Notes: generated from the letters alone by a model not told the origin. A stretch of DNA of 64,000 bases from Eledone cirrhosa (GCA_964016885.1 OZ024741.1:252836001-252900000); one strand, 5' to 3'; shown: positions 27,570 through 41,985, counted from the stretch's first letter. Numbers and translations: made by a program.

Positions 27570-30005
27570 CAACAAAACTGAGGGTGGTCTTCGTTCCATT
27601 GTGGACATTGACCAATCTGTCTGAGATTCATACTGAGGGTAAAAATCACAGCTTGATTCCATTAGCTGGTTATCTCTGTTTGTCATTTCTGTAGAATGTC
27701 CAGTTGTGTGTACAGGAGTATGTATAGGAGTGTGGACAGGTGTATGTCCAGAGGGAGTGTTCACTTTCTTTGTTTGTGTCAAGAAATGACGTTTTTCTCT
27801 ATCAGGTGGAATTGTTGTATTAAATCCCATTCTTGACTGGTTTCTATTGATACCATTGTTACATCTGACGATACAGAGTGTGAGAGATACAACAATGGCT
27901 ACAGACACTACTACAGCTGATATGACTATGATAATAAGTAATGTAACATCTATCATATTGTTGGACTTTGAATGGACAGTGGTGAGTGCTGGAGATGTCT
28001 TGTTACTAACGGTTAGTGTCAAAGAGATTGTTACTGTTGCTGACAGAACTGGAGTGCCACTGTCTTTGACAGCTAACTTCAGCTCATATGACCCTGCATC
28101 ATTTTGATAAACTGTGCGTGAATATGACAAAACACCTGTGAAGGAATCTACCTGAAACAATTGTCTGTCATTTCCTCCAAATATTTCGTACTTTAGAAAA
28201 GAATTCATGTGACTGTCTCTATCAGAGGCTCTGAGGACTGTGATGTCATTCTTACTTTGTGGATGATAGTGGACATCAAGAGTGAAAGGGTCAACACTAG
28301 GAAATGTAAAATATGGAGCATTATCATTCTCGTCTAAAATCTCAACAAGAACGTTGGCTGAATTATTTAATGAAGGAACTCCATTGTCTTTGACAAACAC
28401 TTTGAATTGGTATTTTTCTCGTTTTTCACGGTCTAGTGACATTGTAGTCGAGATGAAGCCATAATTAGTGATGTGGAATGGTATAATCACTCTGTTGTTA
28501 CTCAATAATGAATAAGACAATTTACCTCCATTTTCTAAATCTTGATCCGTCACATTGATGTAACCAATCGGAAAATTTGATTTACCATTCTCGTAGGTCA
28601 AAAATTTAAATGTTTCTTTAGTAAACTGTGGTTGAACATCGTTAACATCCATCACTTGAATGAAGAATTTTCTTTCAGTTTTCAAAGAAGGAGATCCTTT
28701 GTCTTCACAAGAAATACTGATGTCATAATGGTCTTGCGTTTCTCTGTCAACAGGTTTCTTTAATGTTATTTTATATTCTTTTAAACCTAAATTTAAGAGG
28801 AGGAATTTATCATGGTGTAGGCTACATTCCACCTCACCATTCTGTCCAATGTCATTGTCAATAACACTGACATAAGCTATGAAACTACCGACTTTGATCC
28901 CCTCAGAAATAGCTGCTGTGTTCTCTCTGAGTTCAGTGACAAAATTTATATCTATCTTGGGTACATTATTTTGTTGGTTTATTACATTTATTAAAACCAT
29001 TGCAGTAGAACTTGATGAAGGGCTACCCCCATCTTTAGCTTCAACAAACAACTTGTATGTTTGTTTTTGTTCTGAATTTAATGTTTTCTGTGTGAAAATT
29101 TCACCAGTTGCCTCGTTTAGTTTAAAGTAAGATTTGGCAATATCTGATGTGTCAGAGCTTATGTGGTAAGTAACTCGTCCATTTTCTCCTGAGTCCAAAT
29201 CAGTGGCTGATAAAGTTGTAATTGGTATAAACCTCCCATGTGTATTCCGAATGGATATATTATAGATACTTTGACTAAACTGTGGCAAATTATCATTCTC
29301 ATCTGTCACAGTTATTTCAATATTCAATACTCCTTGTTTTGGAGGAGATCCCCCATCACTGGCAATCACTTGAAGACTGTAGCTATCTTTTTTTTCTCTG
29401 TCCAGTTTCTCATCAAGAATTATAGCAAGTTTAGAACTTCCTGTGATTATTTTCATCACTGATAACTTGAATGGTTCATTGAATTTTTTTTTCAACAGGT
29501 AGGTAATCTTTGAGTTTTGAATACCTACATCCCCATCAACAGCACTCTCAATGGATCTCTTTACACTTTTACCATCGTCCTCTGAAAACTGAATTTTTAT
29601 TGTTTTCACAGTAAACTCTGGCTGATGGTCATTTATATCTTTGATTATAACTTTTAGTTTTAATATTTTTAAGAATGTTTCTGCTTTATGAATGGCAATT
29701 TTTAAGATTCTGAAACATTCCACATTGTATTTGCACAGTTTTTCTGCATCTAACCTCTTTGATGTGTACAGCTCTCCTGTTTTAGAAACATTAAACAATT
29801 GCGAGAGCTTGTTTTTTTTCTGTGCAAGCTGATTAAATGTTATCAGTCGATGCTGTTCTGGTAGAATCGCATCTAATAGATGTGAGTCAGCAGCTATGTT
29901 GCCAATATAAGTTCCAGAGTTCTTTTCTTCTTCCACATGGTAAGTGAGATCAACGCAATGGCAGCTGAAGATAGTCAGCAGAATAAGAAACAAAACTATC
30001 AACAT
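27570..30005 (-). CDS. Protocadherin, large ectodomain+TM coding exon (cephalopod-type)
   Basis: Within the 820-aa ORF. Signal peptide MLIVLFLILLTIFSCHC; six cadherin repeats (DINDHQP, LDREKKD, DENDNLP, VDRETQD, DVNDVQP, DENDNAP); EC1 LDAEKLCKYNVECF Cys pair typical of protocadherins; TM LLIIIVISAVVVSVAIVVSLTLCIV. True ATG at 30005 (track start is GTG). Acceptor tttcag just upstream (exon starts 30046). TTG|GTAAGT phase-0 donor after 27570. Confidence 0.95.
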
Positions 30006-30959
30006 TTTTCTCACTGTTCTTGCAAAACTTATTGATTTAAATATACCTGAAATATATAAAGAAAAAAAAAAATAATATTCTTTAATTAGAATTTATTAAA
30101 GATACATTTTTAGCAGTATTATTCTAAAATGTTTTCCATACTTCAATAAAATTAAAAACATTTAACATACGTAAATAAACCTAAATTTTCTACTTCATGA
30201 CGTTATGTTCAATATATTTATATTTTACTGGGATATTTATATAATGTTCAGAGAGTCTTCAACTTGTTCTCCAATATGTGATGATCATAGGAACTACTCA
30301 CAGTGATCCTTTTCCCCAAGAAATGGAGGAAATGGAGATGAGTTAAGCAGGAACAAAGCAATCTCTTCTCACCTAGCATGTTACAAAAAAAAAATCATCC
30401 ACCAGCGGACAGTCATAGATGGACTGATGTGTAATACAGCATGGAATAAATCAAAGAAATAAGCCAACCCTCCCCCACAAAAATAATAAAGTCGATTTAT
30501 TTCTCCTAGGTAACTTATAAGCAAAAGCAGGTAAAAAAATCAAACAACAAAATGCATGAGAAATTAATGTATCCTTCTTTAAAGGATACAGAGTTTCCAT
30601 TACAGTTTTGGAATGGGGGGGGGGGGGGGGGGGGGTAAGTATATATAGTGTACATGTGTATTATTATCATTATTAGCCTATTAGCCCACACTTTTTTTAT
30701 CACCAATACAAGACTAAGAAAGGAATTAAAAACATGATTATACTAACATATTTAGAGTCAATAGAAAACCAATGCAGTAAAAAAGAACCAAAGCACAAGT
30801 ATATTGAAACAAATTATTGGAGGGGCTTAAGCTACAAAATCCCCTTAGCACTGGAAGGTTTGGGAGAGGAGGAAATGGCAATGTTTGGAGTATTTATCCT
30901 TTACAAAAATAGACTGATGGAGATGAGAAGGAAACAATATATAGATGGAGAAAAATGAT

Positions 30960-31420
30960 GTATATTTTGGGGGGTAGGTCTGGTGGATTGGGCAGTGCCC
31001 GTGGCTTTCACAGGCTCTCCAAAATTGATGCCATTAATATTCTGTTTAAGCTGTTGCAAGTCTACTCTTTTTAGAAAGACATAAGCAGGAAAGGAGTTCT
31101 AAGGGGCTGGTGTTTTGGAGAGGATGGATTGGGAATAGTGGTTAGTAAAGAGTTTGTGGTGTTAGACACAACATTGGGGATGAGAGGAGGAGAGAAAAAT
31201 GAGTTGGTTGTGCTTCAGTGGAAGTGACATGAAACCAGCCAGTTTTGAGGAGCAGAGACCATTTTAGTACTTATAGAAGTAGAGTGAAGTAACAATATGT
31301 CTGTAAGCCAAAGGATAGAAAATATCAGTGAGTGATTTTATACCAATTGGTAAGTGTAGTTATAGAATTTTTAGTTGGAGTCTTGTGTTAGATGTGAGGA
31401 AAATTTGTAAATATTTTTGT
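30960..31420 (-). mobile_element. Degenerate CR1-like LINE 3' fragment
   Basis: Decayed C-terminal coding pattern (LLHSTSISTKMV / RTPFLL region) and a short 3' UTR; recognised by resemblance only. Confidence 0.4.
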
Positions 31421-32559
31421 CGTGCTTTGTTTAATCAGAGAAAAAACAGAACATATCACCATTTTTTACAGGACATTAGACAGATATAGTTGGAGAATAG
31501 AAAGAAACCAAAGATCTGGTCTAAATGCTTCCATCAGAGTGAACTAACCTAAAAGCAGTGAAGGGTTACATAGGTTAAGTCTTCTACTAAAATAAAGATG
31601 CAATCAATTCAATAGGTTTCTGTCTACTCAATTTAACTCACAAGGCTTTAGTTGACTCCAAGTTAAGGTGTTAAGGTGTAAGACAAGATATGACCAAAGT
31701 GGTACATGACCACATTGCCATACAGTTGAATCAAACTTGGTTTGCCAAGTGATTTCAAAACAAATATCTTGACCCTATAACCATTCCTACACCCATCACA
31801 TAAATAAATAGATTTACAGAACAACAACAATAATAAAAGCTTGCTATTTGGAAAATAATGTCAGGCGGCCATTGAAAGATTAACAATAGAGATTCGAGAA
31901 AACTTATAGAAATCGATGATAAAAGCAACCAATCATTTGAGAGAAAGAAAACGTTTCATCAAGATATATTAACAATAAATTAACAATAAAAACATTAACA
32001 ATAGCGTAAACAATTGTATAAACAATATACTGAACAACAACATCACATCAAGAATAACATATATAATATCACTGACAACAACGTCAACAATAAAATAGCA
32101 ATAAAATAAGCTATAGTATTGATAATAATACTAGCAATGACATCAACAATAACATAAGCGATAACATCAATGATAACATACATAATAATATACACAATAA
32201 CATTAACATTTATTTGCAAAATAAGATAGGGTAGGGTGGGGAGAGGTAATAGGTGAATCTGTTAAATATTTGTCTAGTCTTACTAATATAGAACAATAAC
32301 TGATATATAACACATAGACACATACATACATACACACTCACAAAGGCACACATATACATACATACACACATACATTTATGCCTACACGTGTATACATACA
32401 CACACACACATACATATACATACAGACACACAAATGCATACATATATACATTCGCACATACATGCATACATACATACATACATACATACATACATACATA
32501 CATAATACATACATACATACATACATACATACATACATTCATACATACAAGATGGCAGC

Positions 32560-33180
32560 CACCTTACACTCTACTATAGACATTGCTTGAATTTTCAAAT
32601 ATACTTCTGTGTGTGTAGCCTGAATGTGACGTTTTAAGTCAGTAAGAGTCCTACATTCTCTGGCACAGATGTTACAGGCATGGCCTTTGGCAACAGGAAT
32701 CGGTGGATGGTTGCCATTTACTTTCATGTGCTACCTCAGGCCTCATTCTGATTGGCAGACTTTACCATATTGATGGCAGATTGTTATACCATAAGCACCA
32801 ATGTATTCTGCATTAGCCCTTTTTATATGGCTCCTTTAGTGACTCCTTAATCCAGCTTTACTGACGCAGGCTCTTCCACACTCATATGTTAGCTTTCCTT
32901 GGTCTCCCATACTTCTCTCCAATTCCACTTTCAAGCCTTTCCTCACATCCCTTTTTAACCTTTCATAATTTCTTCAGGCCATTTCAAAGTGTACTTTTCT
33001 TTTATATATCACTTCTCCACAGAGTTCAATCATTGACATCTTGTTCCCAGTCTCCATTGAAGATGTCAGTTTCCATAAGAGATGTTTTCACACAGTCTTT
33101 GAACCTCATCTAAAGTTTATGATGTGGATGTTTGCCTTCCCTCTTTTTGGCTTGTCAATTATTCAGCCATGTGAGCTATT
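32560..33180 (-). mobile_element. Degenerate RTE LINE 3' fragments with terminal C2H2 finger
   Basis: RFKDCVKTSL...W.....D.TLWRS, GRPRK and CNICARECRTLTDLKRHIQATH, followed by (TATG)n. Confidence 0.6.
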
Positions 33181-35359
33181 TTTACCAAGAAGAATCAGCC
33201 TATCTATTGCAATATAACACAGTTTCACTCATTATATACACATTGTATGGTTGATTGCATAGATACAACATATGGGTAAAACTCTGAGTAGCAATGGAGC
33301 AAATTAGCTAAGGATTCTATGCAGAAACAGACTAGGTTTTAAAACCAGCCTGAAAGGGAGTCACAAACAGCTAATTGCTGAGGGTTTGAGGTATACTTTT
33401 ACTGCTCAGATAAAACTCATTTGATTTTAATTTCAATTTTTGTGTGCGTGTATGTATGTACTATGTAGTTACAGTAGGGGGTAATTGTCTACTTCTTATG
33501 CAGATATATTTTAGTTGTTGAAGTGAGTATCTTCCACCACCAACTAACTTACCCTCTGCCTCTGGGTCCTGGCTGACAGGAAGGAGAATGCATTGCCTCG
33601 GAGGGCAGTGAGGGAAACACGCTGAAACAGCCACTCCACCTCATAAGGCTTGCACCTGTGAGGTGGAGTGGCTGTTTCAGCCAACTCCACCCTAATAGCA
33701 ATCTTTGTGCAAGGACCATAACTTCAATTTTTCATGAAATACAGCATGAGTCATAAGTAACAGGGCATCCCAACATTTATATTCCAAATGAGAATATTTA
33801 TTAAAATTCTGGTCATACATTATTACGAAATTACAAATACATCAAACAAAAATAGTTTAAAATATATAACCTTGGCTGATCACACACAAATAAGTGTATG
33901 TTCAGAAAGTTATCTGTGAACCTTGCAATAAAAATGCATTGCTCCCCAGTTACATATGATTCACCCAGTATTTTAAGCTTTTTAGGCTTTATTTTTTACC
34001 CAACCCACACAACTCACTGGGTATTGCCCAAATGACCATATGGCTAGTCCACCTCTCATTCCTAATAAATGTAAACTCTATGCAATCTAGTGAGTGCCAG
34101 ATTCTTTCATTTGTAAACATAAATGTGTCTATGAATTCTTTTATTTTTTATTTTACTGTTTTTAGTCTTTACAGTGTGGCCATGTAGGGATACTCCCTTC
34201 AAGAGACTTATTCAATGATATCAACCCCAGTACTTTTCCTTTGTTTTCAAGTCTGGTACTTATTTATTTATCTCATTTTGTTGAACTACTAAGTTATAGA
34301 ACATATACACAAACACAAACACAAGCATATACATAGACATGAACATAAACATATACATGTATAAACATATACATATATATATAATAATTGTTTCTACTTT
34401 TGGCACAAGGCCAGCAATTACCCAGTGCATTACTGGTACTTTATTTTATCAACCCCGTAAGGATGAAAGGCAAAGTTAACCTCGGTGGGATTTGAACTCA
34501 GAATGGCAAGGACCGTAACTCTATGCGTCAAAGCATGGCGTCCGACCCTCTACCGATACTGCCAATCTACCGCCCTTTTACATGTATATATAATAATAAT
34601 AATAGTAATAATAATTATAAAAATCCTGGATCATGGTGAAAGCAGTGATTCTTATATATATATATATGGCGTGATTCTTATATATATATATATGGCGTGA
34701 TCCTTATATATATATATATGGCGTGGCAATAAAGCTTTAGAATAACCCTTTAAATGAAAGTGCACAAGATATTGAAAGTAAAATTTATTTATTCTGCAAA
34801 ATATAATTTCCATTGAATGCAATAACATCTTTACAGTGCTTATGCAAAGCATTTAATTCTTTCTGAAACCATTCCTTTGGCAATTGTCGAAACCAGCACA
34901 ACAATTTATCTACAACCTTTTCTAATGAGGCAAAAACAAATTTTCAAAGATGTTGCTTTAATAACTTGAACACCCAGCAATCGCAAAAAATTAAGTCGGG
35001 ACTACAGGGTGATTGTTTGATTATTGTCACTTCTCCTCCTCTAGAAAATAAAAATCTTTTGTGGATTGAGCAGTTCGATGCATGTATTATAAACTCACAA
35101 AAAGGACAGCAAAATAATTATGCATAGGCCTGTGACAAAATACAGCATTCATACAGAATATCACACGTGTACAACAAAGTTCAACTTCCAACTAATATCA
35201 ACTACATTTACTGCAACATGCGGTGCACAGCCTACTATTCTAAATACTTTATTGCCACGCTAAGTATATATAATGTATGTATGTATGTATACATATATAT
35301 ATATATACATGTATATGTATGTGTACTGCACACACACACATTCGCATACATGTATGTGC

Positions 35360-35392
<33 letters not shown>

Positions 35393-35414
35393 TAAAAAAA
35401 AACATATACTCAAA

Positions 35415-35464
<50 letters not shown>

Positions 35465-35472
35465 GTATATAC

Positions 35473-35510
<38 letters not shown>

Positions 35511-35544
35511 TAAAATATACAGGTATATACATGTGAGGGTGTGA

Positions 35545-35689
35545 TGGCTTCATGAAATTTCTGTTTAAGAAATTTCGTTATATATACACACACATTGATG
35601 CAGAAATATAGTTGTGGTTAATTATTTTGTACAAAAAACTATATAGTTGAAATACAAAATACTTAACCACAACTATATTTCTGCATCAA

Positions 35690-35700
<11 letters not shown>
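35545..35700. repeat. Fold-back inverted repeat
   Basis: cacacattgatgcagaaatatagttgtggttaa is mirrored around ~35640. Confidence 0.6.
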
Positions 35701-35740
<40 letters not shown>

Positions 35741-35943
35741 TCATCATCATCATCAACGTTTAACGTCCGTGTTCCACGCTTGCATGGGTTTGGAATATAT
35801 ATATATATATATAACGAAGGAAATGTGGTAAGGAACCAGGTGGACCATAACGCACCAAAGTACTCAATACTTGAGGTAGTAGAGTGGGTAATAGAATTAG
35901 CCGTCGAAACGGCTTGAGCTCAGCTGTCGGGGTCTTACTGGTT

Positions 35944-36030
<87 letters not shown>

Positions 36031-36035
<5 letters not shown>

Positions 36036-36200
36036 GAAAGAATGTCTACACTGGTGGTTGGTATGCTTTAATAATCCAATGTTTTCCAAGTCATTTCTCA
36101 TAAAACATTGGATTATTAAAACATATCAACCAGCAATGAAGTTGTTCTTTTCTTTTTTTCAAATATATCTTACTGTACCAAGGACTTCCATTATTTCCCC
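36031..36200. repeat. Fold-back inverted repeat in (TA)n
   Basis: ttaataatccaatgtttt / aaaacattggattattaa arms. Confidence 0.55.
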
Positions 36201-36327
36201 TATATATATATATATTACATTACTCCGGAGTAACCAAACCAACCTGCGCACTTCATCGAGTGCTCCAATCTGCATACTGAGGTGTTGGTATACAACCAAC
36301 ATATACTCAAAATATATATATATATAT

Positions 36328-36746
36328 AATATATTAACAAATGGAAACTATATTTATAAAACCATATTTATTTCATTATACATATTAGAAGGACACCAAA
36401 GCAAATTATGGTGCGCTTTCATCAAATAAAATATAATATAGATCAGTTTTATAAACAAATATTGACATAGCCTTAAAGAATGCGACCATGTCGGTTGGAA
36501 GCTCCCGGATAGTGGGGTTACTAATTTTATTATTAGTAACCCCACTATATTATATTTTATCTGATGAAATCGCACCATAATTTGCTTTGGTGTCCTTGAA
36601 ATATGTATAATGAAATAAATATGGTTTTATAAATATAGTTTCCATTTGTTAATATATTGTATTTTTACTCCAATAATTTGTTGAGTGCTTTATATCAGTT
36701 ATAAAAATATTTGCTTGTTGTATCCCAACAAATTAAATATAACTTC

Positions 36747-36749
<3 letters not shown>
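36328..36749. mobile_element. Fold-back PLE-derived element with hammerhead
   Basis: About 110-bp arms, right tail with TTGAGTGCTT. Confidence 0.75.
36553..36617 (+). ncRNA. Type I hammerhead ribozyme
   Basis: tattttat-CTGATGA-[aatc gcacca..tggtgt cctt]-GAAA-tatgta-TA^atgaaata. Mirror arm has a mutated core. Confidence 0.75.
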
Positions 36750-36792
<43 letters not shown>

Positions 36793-36799
36793 TATGTAT

Positions 36800-37410
36800 A
36801 TGTCAGGTCACCAGTTGGTGCTACTGGTAACATGTATCCCAGTACAACCTGTCTCATGGTCGGGTCGTTGGCGACTAAACTGGCAACCCCACCAAGGTTT
36901 CTTGATGAGGAGGGTGACTTTGGACATCCTGCAGGACTAAAAACAAAACCTGTCAAAGGGCAAAGGAGCTCTTAAGATTCAATGGCCATCCAAAATCACC
37001 GGGAGAGATGACCCCTTAGCCTTTGTCAAGGCAGAATGCTAGGAGAAGGAAACTCTGATATAACACCTGCAACTCTGATGGTATCCAATGATGTTGACTT
37101 GTTCTTCTTTTTGGTAAATATCATCTTGGTTAAGAGAGTGGGACTGGCTTTGTGCAGTGCCTTTGCTCACTATAAGAGCTTCACGGCACAGGCATTGCTT
37201 TATATCTGGAGATCTCTCTGCACTTGTCGTCACATGGTACCAAGGGCCCAGCACTATGTGTCAATAATTGTCACAGGTGTAGTATTTGTACCAGAGTTTT
37301 CAAGTCGCTGGCTGGACTAAAAAGTCACACTCGTTCAGCACATCGGTAGGAGTTCTACATGGATATAAAGTCGTGGCCGTACTCGAAAACGAGTTGGCAG
37401 CCACCATATA
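36800..37410. mobile_element. RTE-like LINE 5' region fragment (rearranged)
   Basis: GGCGACTAAACTGGCAACCCC and AGGAGAAGGAAACTCTG motifs resembling RTE 5' UTRs, plus decayed coding sequence. Confidence 0.4.
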
Positions 37411-37683
37411 TATATATATATATACATGTATATATGCATATATATGTGTGTGTGTATATATACATGTGTGTGTGTATCTATCTATCTATATATATATATA
37501 ACGAAGGAAATGTGGTAAAGAACCAGGTGGACCATAACGCACCAAAGTACTCAATACTTGAGGTAGTAGAGTGGGTAATAGGAACCAGTAAGACCCCGAC
37601 AGCTGAGCTCAAGCCGTTTCGACGGCTAATTCTGAATTAGCCGTCGAAACGGCTTGAGCTCAGCTGTTGGGGTCTTACTAGTT

Positions 37684-37744
<61 letters not shown>

Positions 37745-37852
37745 ATATATGTACATATATATAGGGGGTATGTGTCTGTGTGTGTGCAGGGAGGGGTGAT
37801 ATATCATGCAAGCATGGGAAAAAACGGACATTAAGTGATAATAATGATGAGG

Positions 37853-37887
<35 letters not shown>

Positions 37888-38982
37888 CATTCATACATGT
37901 GTATGTTTGTATTTATGTATACATGCATGCATTTTTGTATGTATGTATGCATATGTATATATATATATGTGTTCATGTACGTATGTATGAGTATGCATGT
38001 ATATATGCATTTCTACACCATTATAAAATAAATGTGCAGTTAAATTATTCCTGACATCCGGCAGCAACTTTTAAATGCAAGTATGTCTCACACCTCCGTT
38101 AAGAAAGTGTTGTGAGCAGCAGGAGTCAGGGTTCAGATGTGTGTGATGGTGGTGTTGGCGGTAGTGGTGAGGTCACTGCTAAATTAACAACTAGCAAAGA
38201 ATGTTAAGGTATCGAAGGTAATGTCAAGCAGGAAGGCACAGCCATCCTCTGACATACATAATGTCATTTTCTTTTCTTACTTTTCTTTATTTTTCCGTTT
38301 TTCTCATCTCTTCAAAGAAGACATGATCGAATCAATATGGTGTTACAATTTGCTGGCAGCTCAACTGAAACTGTGGTAAGTACAAAGAATTGTTCTATAA
38401 GACGACGTGGAAAATAAGAATAAGTTGTAAGAAGCAAGGGTCTGCCATTTTGTAGGGGTCGGCAATGAGATGACAGTTTAACGTTCATGTCTACTCAGTC
38501 AAAGATAATCTTTGCTAATACCCAACTGCCAAAATCACTTGCAGAATGTTTCATGTGGCAGCAAACTGCGCGAATGCACTTGGATATGATTGAAGTTGGT
38601 GTCAGTCAAAGCAGTGATTAAAAGACTTCAACAGCAACAATAGCAACAACAGCAGCAGAGACAACTCTTTGTCACTCAAAGATGCAAGAAAGTATATTTT
38701 TTACAGGGGTGGTAAGAGGAAAAGTAGTTGTGAGAATAGTTAAGTCTGTTTCACACCTGTACATAGCCCCTCACACTAACACATACACACACATAGATGC
38801 ACACATATACATATGTATACATTCATATACATATGTATATATATACACACACATATATATATATGTGTGTATATATATAAATCTTATATTAAATACTCCC
38901 ACACACATGCACAGAAAAACACACACACATACACACACACACATGCACAGAAAAACACACACACATACACACACACACATAT

Positions 38983-39013
<31 letters not shown>

Positions 39014-39416
39014 ATATATACAATTCTTTCTTAACATCAATGTCCATTTTGACAAGTCACTGAGTGGTTCTACAAATATATCCATCAATAATCTGTTACT
39101 TTTGTGGGTGTGTGTGTGCATGCATGTGTGTATCATTTGCTTCTATCTATATGTATATATATGTATATATATATCTATACATACGCACACACACACACAT
39201 ATATATATTATATTATATATATATATATATAGGGGCGGTGAATTGGCAGTATCGGTAGAGGGTTGGATGCCATGTTTTCTAGCATAGTTACGTCCCTTTA
39301 CAGTCTGAGTTCAAATCCCGCCGAGGTTAACTTTGCCTTTCATCCTTACAGGGTTGATAAAATAAAGTACCAGTAATGTACTGGGTAATTGCTGGCCTTG
39401 TGCCTAAAGTAGAAAC

Positions 39417-39447
<31 letters not shown>

Positions 39448-40614
39448 CTTATATATACAAATATATACATATACAAATACATATATATATACTTATATAC
39501 ACAAATATATATCTATATATATGTATATATATATACAAATATATATATATCTTATTTTATATCGAAATGACTTCTACAGAACTAGAACAGTTTCATTCAT
39601 ATGAAATCATCCTGATGATTGAGTACTTTTTTTAACTGTGGCTACCCCTGACACAACTCATAAATCTACATATTATATAGTAAATTTTACAAAGGGCAGT
39701 ACAATGTTGTAGAAAAATACAAAAAGCAAATGATGACAAATGAAACCAAACAAAGTCATGTTTTAAACATTGTTTTTTTTTAGCATCATTTTCAGAGCTA
39801 CTACACTTTTTTCAGATGCAAAGCTGAAACAATTTAAAACAAAACAAAATAAGCGTTTGAGATATTTTTTTATGACTGGTCTATGTGTCTACAAAATGCA
39901 TGCATCGTATATTTCTGATCTATTATTTATTTCTGGTTTTATTTGGCTATACATAAAACAGGTTCAAATGAGTTGATAATACAATGGTATATAAGGGTAA
40001 GGAAATTTAAAACCCAATATGATTTTATAGTCCATCCAAAGTTGAATCAAATGGGTAAAGTTCCAATCACAGTAGAGTTATGATTTCACTGAGCATATAT
40101 ATATATAACAGAAATTTAGACAAAGATTTAATAGATTTCAGCAGGTTTGGTTAGACTAACAGGAATGAAGAGCTCATCAGAATCAATTAAAAACAAATAA
40201 TTTACCTTGAATTTTTTTTAATATACCAGTAATAAGTGAATTTGTAAATAATGATGTCAAATATAATAGGGAAAACGTTAAAATTATGGAAGCCTAAAAT
40301 AAAATATATATGTGGGTGTGTGGGGGTGTGGGTGGGTGTGTGAGTGTGTTTGGTTGTTTAGACTATGTAGCTGATTGTAGTCGCTGGTAGTGTTACATGA
40401 GTGAGGATTGAGGGGTAAGCTAAACGTGGGTTGAATGAGATATAAGTGGCTGGAAGGAAGAAAGAAAAAAGGAGGAAAGAAGAAAAAGGAACAAATTATA
40501 GCTGGAACAAAAGTTTGTGATAACATTTTTTAAAATGGTAAATGTTTTGTGTTCTTTTGTTCGTTAGAATTAAATGAGATGAAACGGAATGGAAAAGAAA
40601 AAGAATGAAAAAGC

Positions 40615-40655
<41 letters not shown>

Positions 40656-40775
40656 GTAAATAAAAATATGTATATATATATATATATATTTATATATTTA
40701 TATATTTATTTATATATGTATATACATATATTTATATATATACATATATATTTATGTATATATATATATACATAC

Positions 40776-40844
<69 letters not shown>

Positions 40845-40859
40845 TACACGCGTGTGTAT

Positions 40860-41297
40860 GATTGTCTGTAAAAGATTATATTAATAAAAGGAATTCCAAT
40901 TTTGTCTGATTTACTCGTTTTATTTACAATCTTTTAAATTATAATGATATTATAATGAAATATTATGGTAGAATATTAAATGTTAAGTGTTAATTGAACA
41001 AGTACTTTCATGCTTTCGCAATCTTCAGGTTCATATTCAGTGGTGACAGTCAAGTTTGCAATTTTCAACAGTTGAAAATTGCAAACTTGACTGTCACCAC
41101 TGAATATGAACCTTACGAGGTTGACTTTGCCTTTCATCCTTATGGGGTCGATAAAATAAAGTACTAGTAATGCACTGGGTAATTGCTGGCCTTATGCCTA
41201 AAGTAGAAACAATATTTCATTATAACATCATTATAATTTTAAAGGATTGTAAATAAAACGAGAAAATCAGACAAAGTTGGAATTCCTTTAATAATAT
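40860..41297. mobile_element. Inverted-repeat element with internal palindrome and nested SINE fragment
   Basis: Outer arms ~40878-40963 and ~41211-41297; inner palindrome 41028-41112; SINE 3' piece 41112-41213. Confidence 0.6.
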
Positions 41298-41314
41298 ATA
41301 TATATATATATATA

Positions 41315-41365
<51 letters not shown>

Positions 41366-41601
41366 CTATATATATATGTTTGTATGTATATAGTGTATGT
41401 ATGCATGAGTTAATATATGTATGATGATAATGTGTTGTGTTGTTGGAATTTCATTCGTGTTTTAGGTGATTCTGTTCATGAAACTAATGTGCAAGTGGCT
41501 GAGCATTCCACTGGCGCATGAATACTCAGGGAGATTCAGCTTGATGCAATATAGGCGCTTTGAACTAAATTTACAACACCTTTTTGTTGGCTGAGTTGTG
41601 A

Positions 41602-41634
<33 letters not shown>

Positions 41635-41637
<3 letters not shown>

Positions 41638-41951
41638 TGGTGGACTGGCCAGGTTGCCAGGTTGCCCAGTGGCTAGTGGGCCTCAGGGGGCCCACGGTTC
41701 AATTACAAGAGCCCACAGTAACATTGCAGAGCCCACTGTAGTATTTTAGGGGCTAATGCTTTGCTTTAAAAAAATACCCGAAATCTAAGAGAAAGAATAA
41801 ATATAAAAAAAAAAAAATAAAACAATTAAGCAAAGCATTTGGTCAACCAGTTCCCCAGGGAATTACTAGAAACCAATCTAAAGCTTAGTGTATTCATTCA
41901 TGCATGCAGACATACATATATAAACACAGACAAGCAAGCATATATATATAT

Positions 41952-41985
<34 letters not shown>

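Noticed and set aside
27847-29462. Plus-strand ORFs overlapping the protocadherin
   Set aside because: Short antisense shadows of the real coding frame.
30006-30014. ORF-track start MRK for the protocadherin
   Set aside because: It is a GTG; the in-frame ATG at 30005 directly begins the signal peptide.
32539-32727. Host C2H2 zinc-finger gene exon
   Set aside because: Single finger at the end of decayed RTE C-terminal sequence followed by a simple-repeat tail; fits a LINE end.
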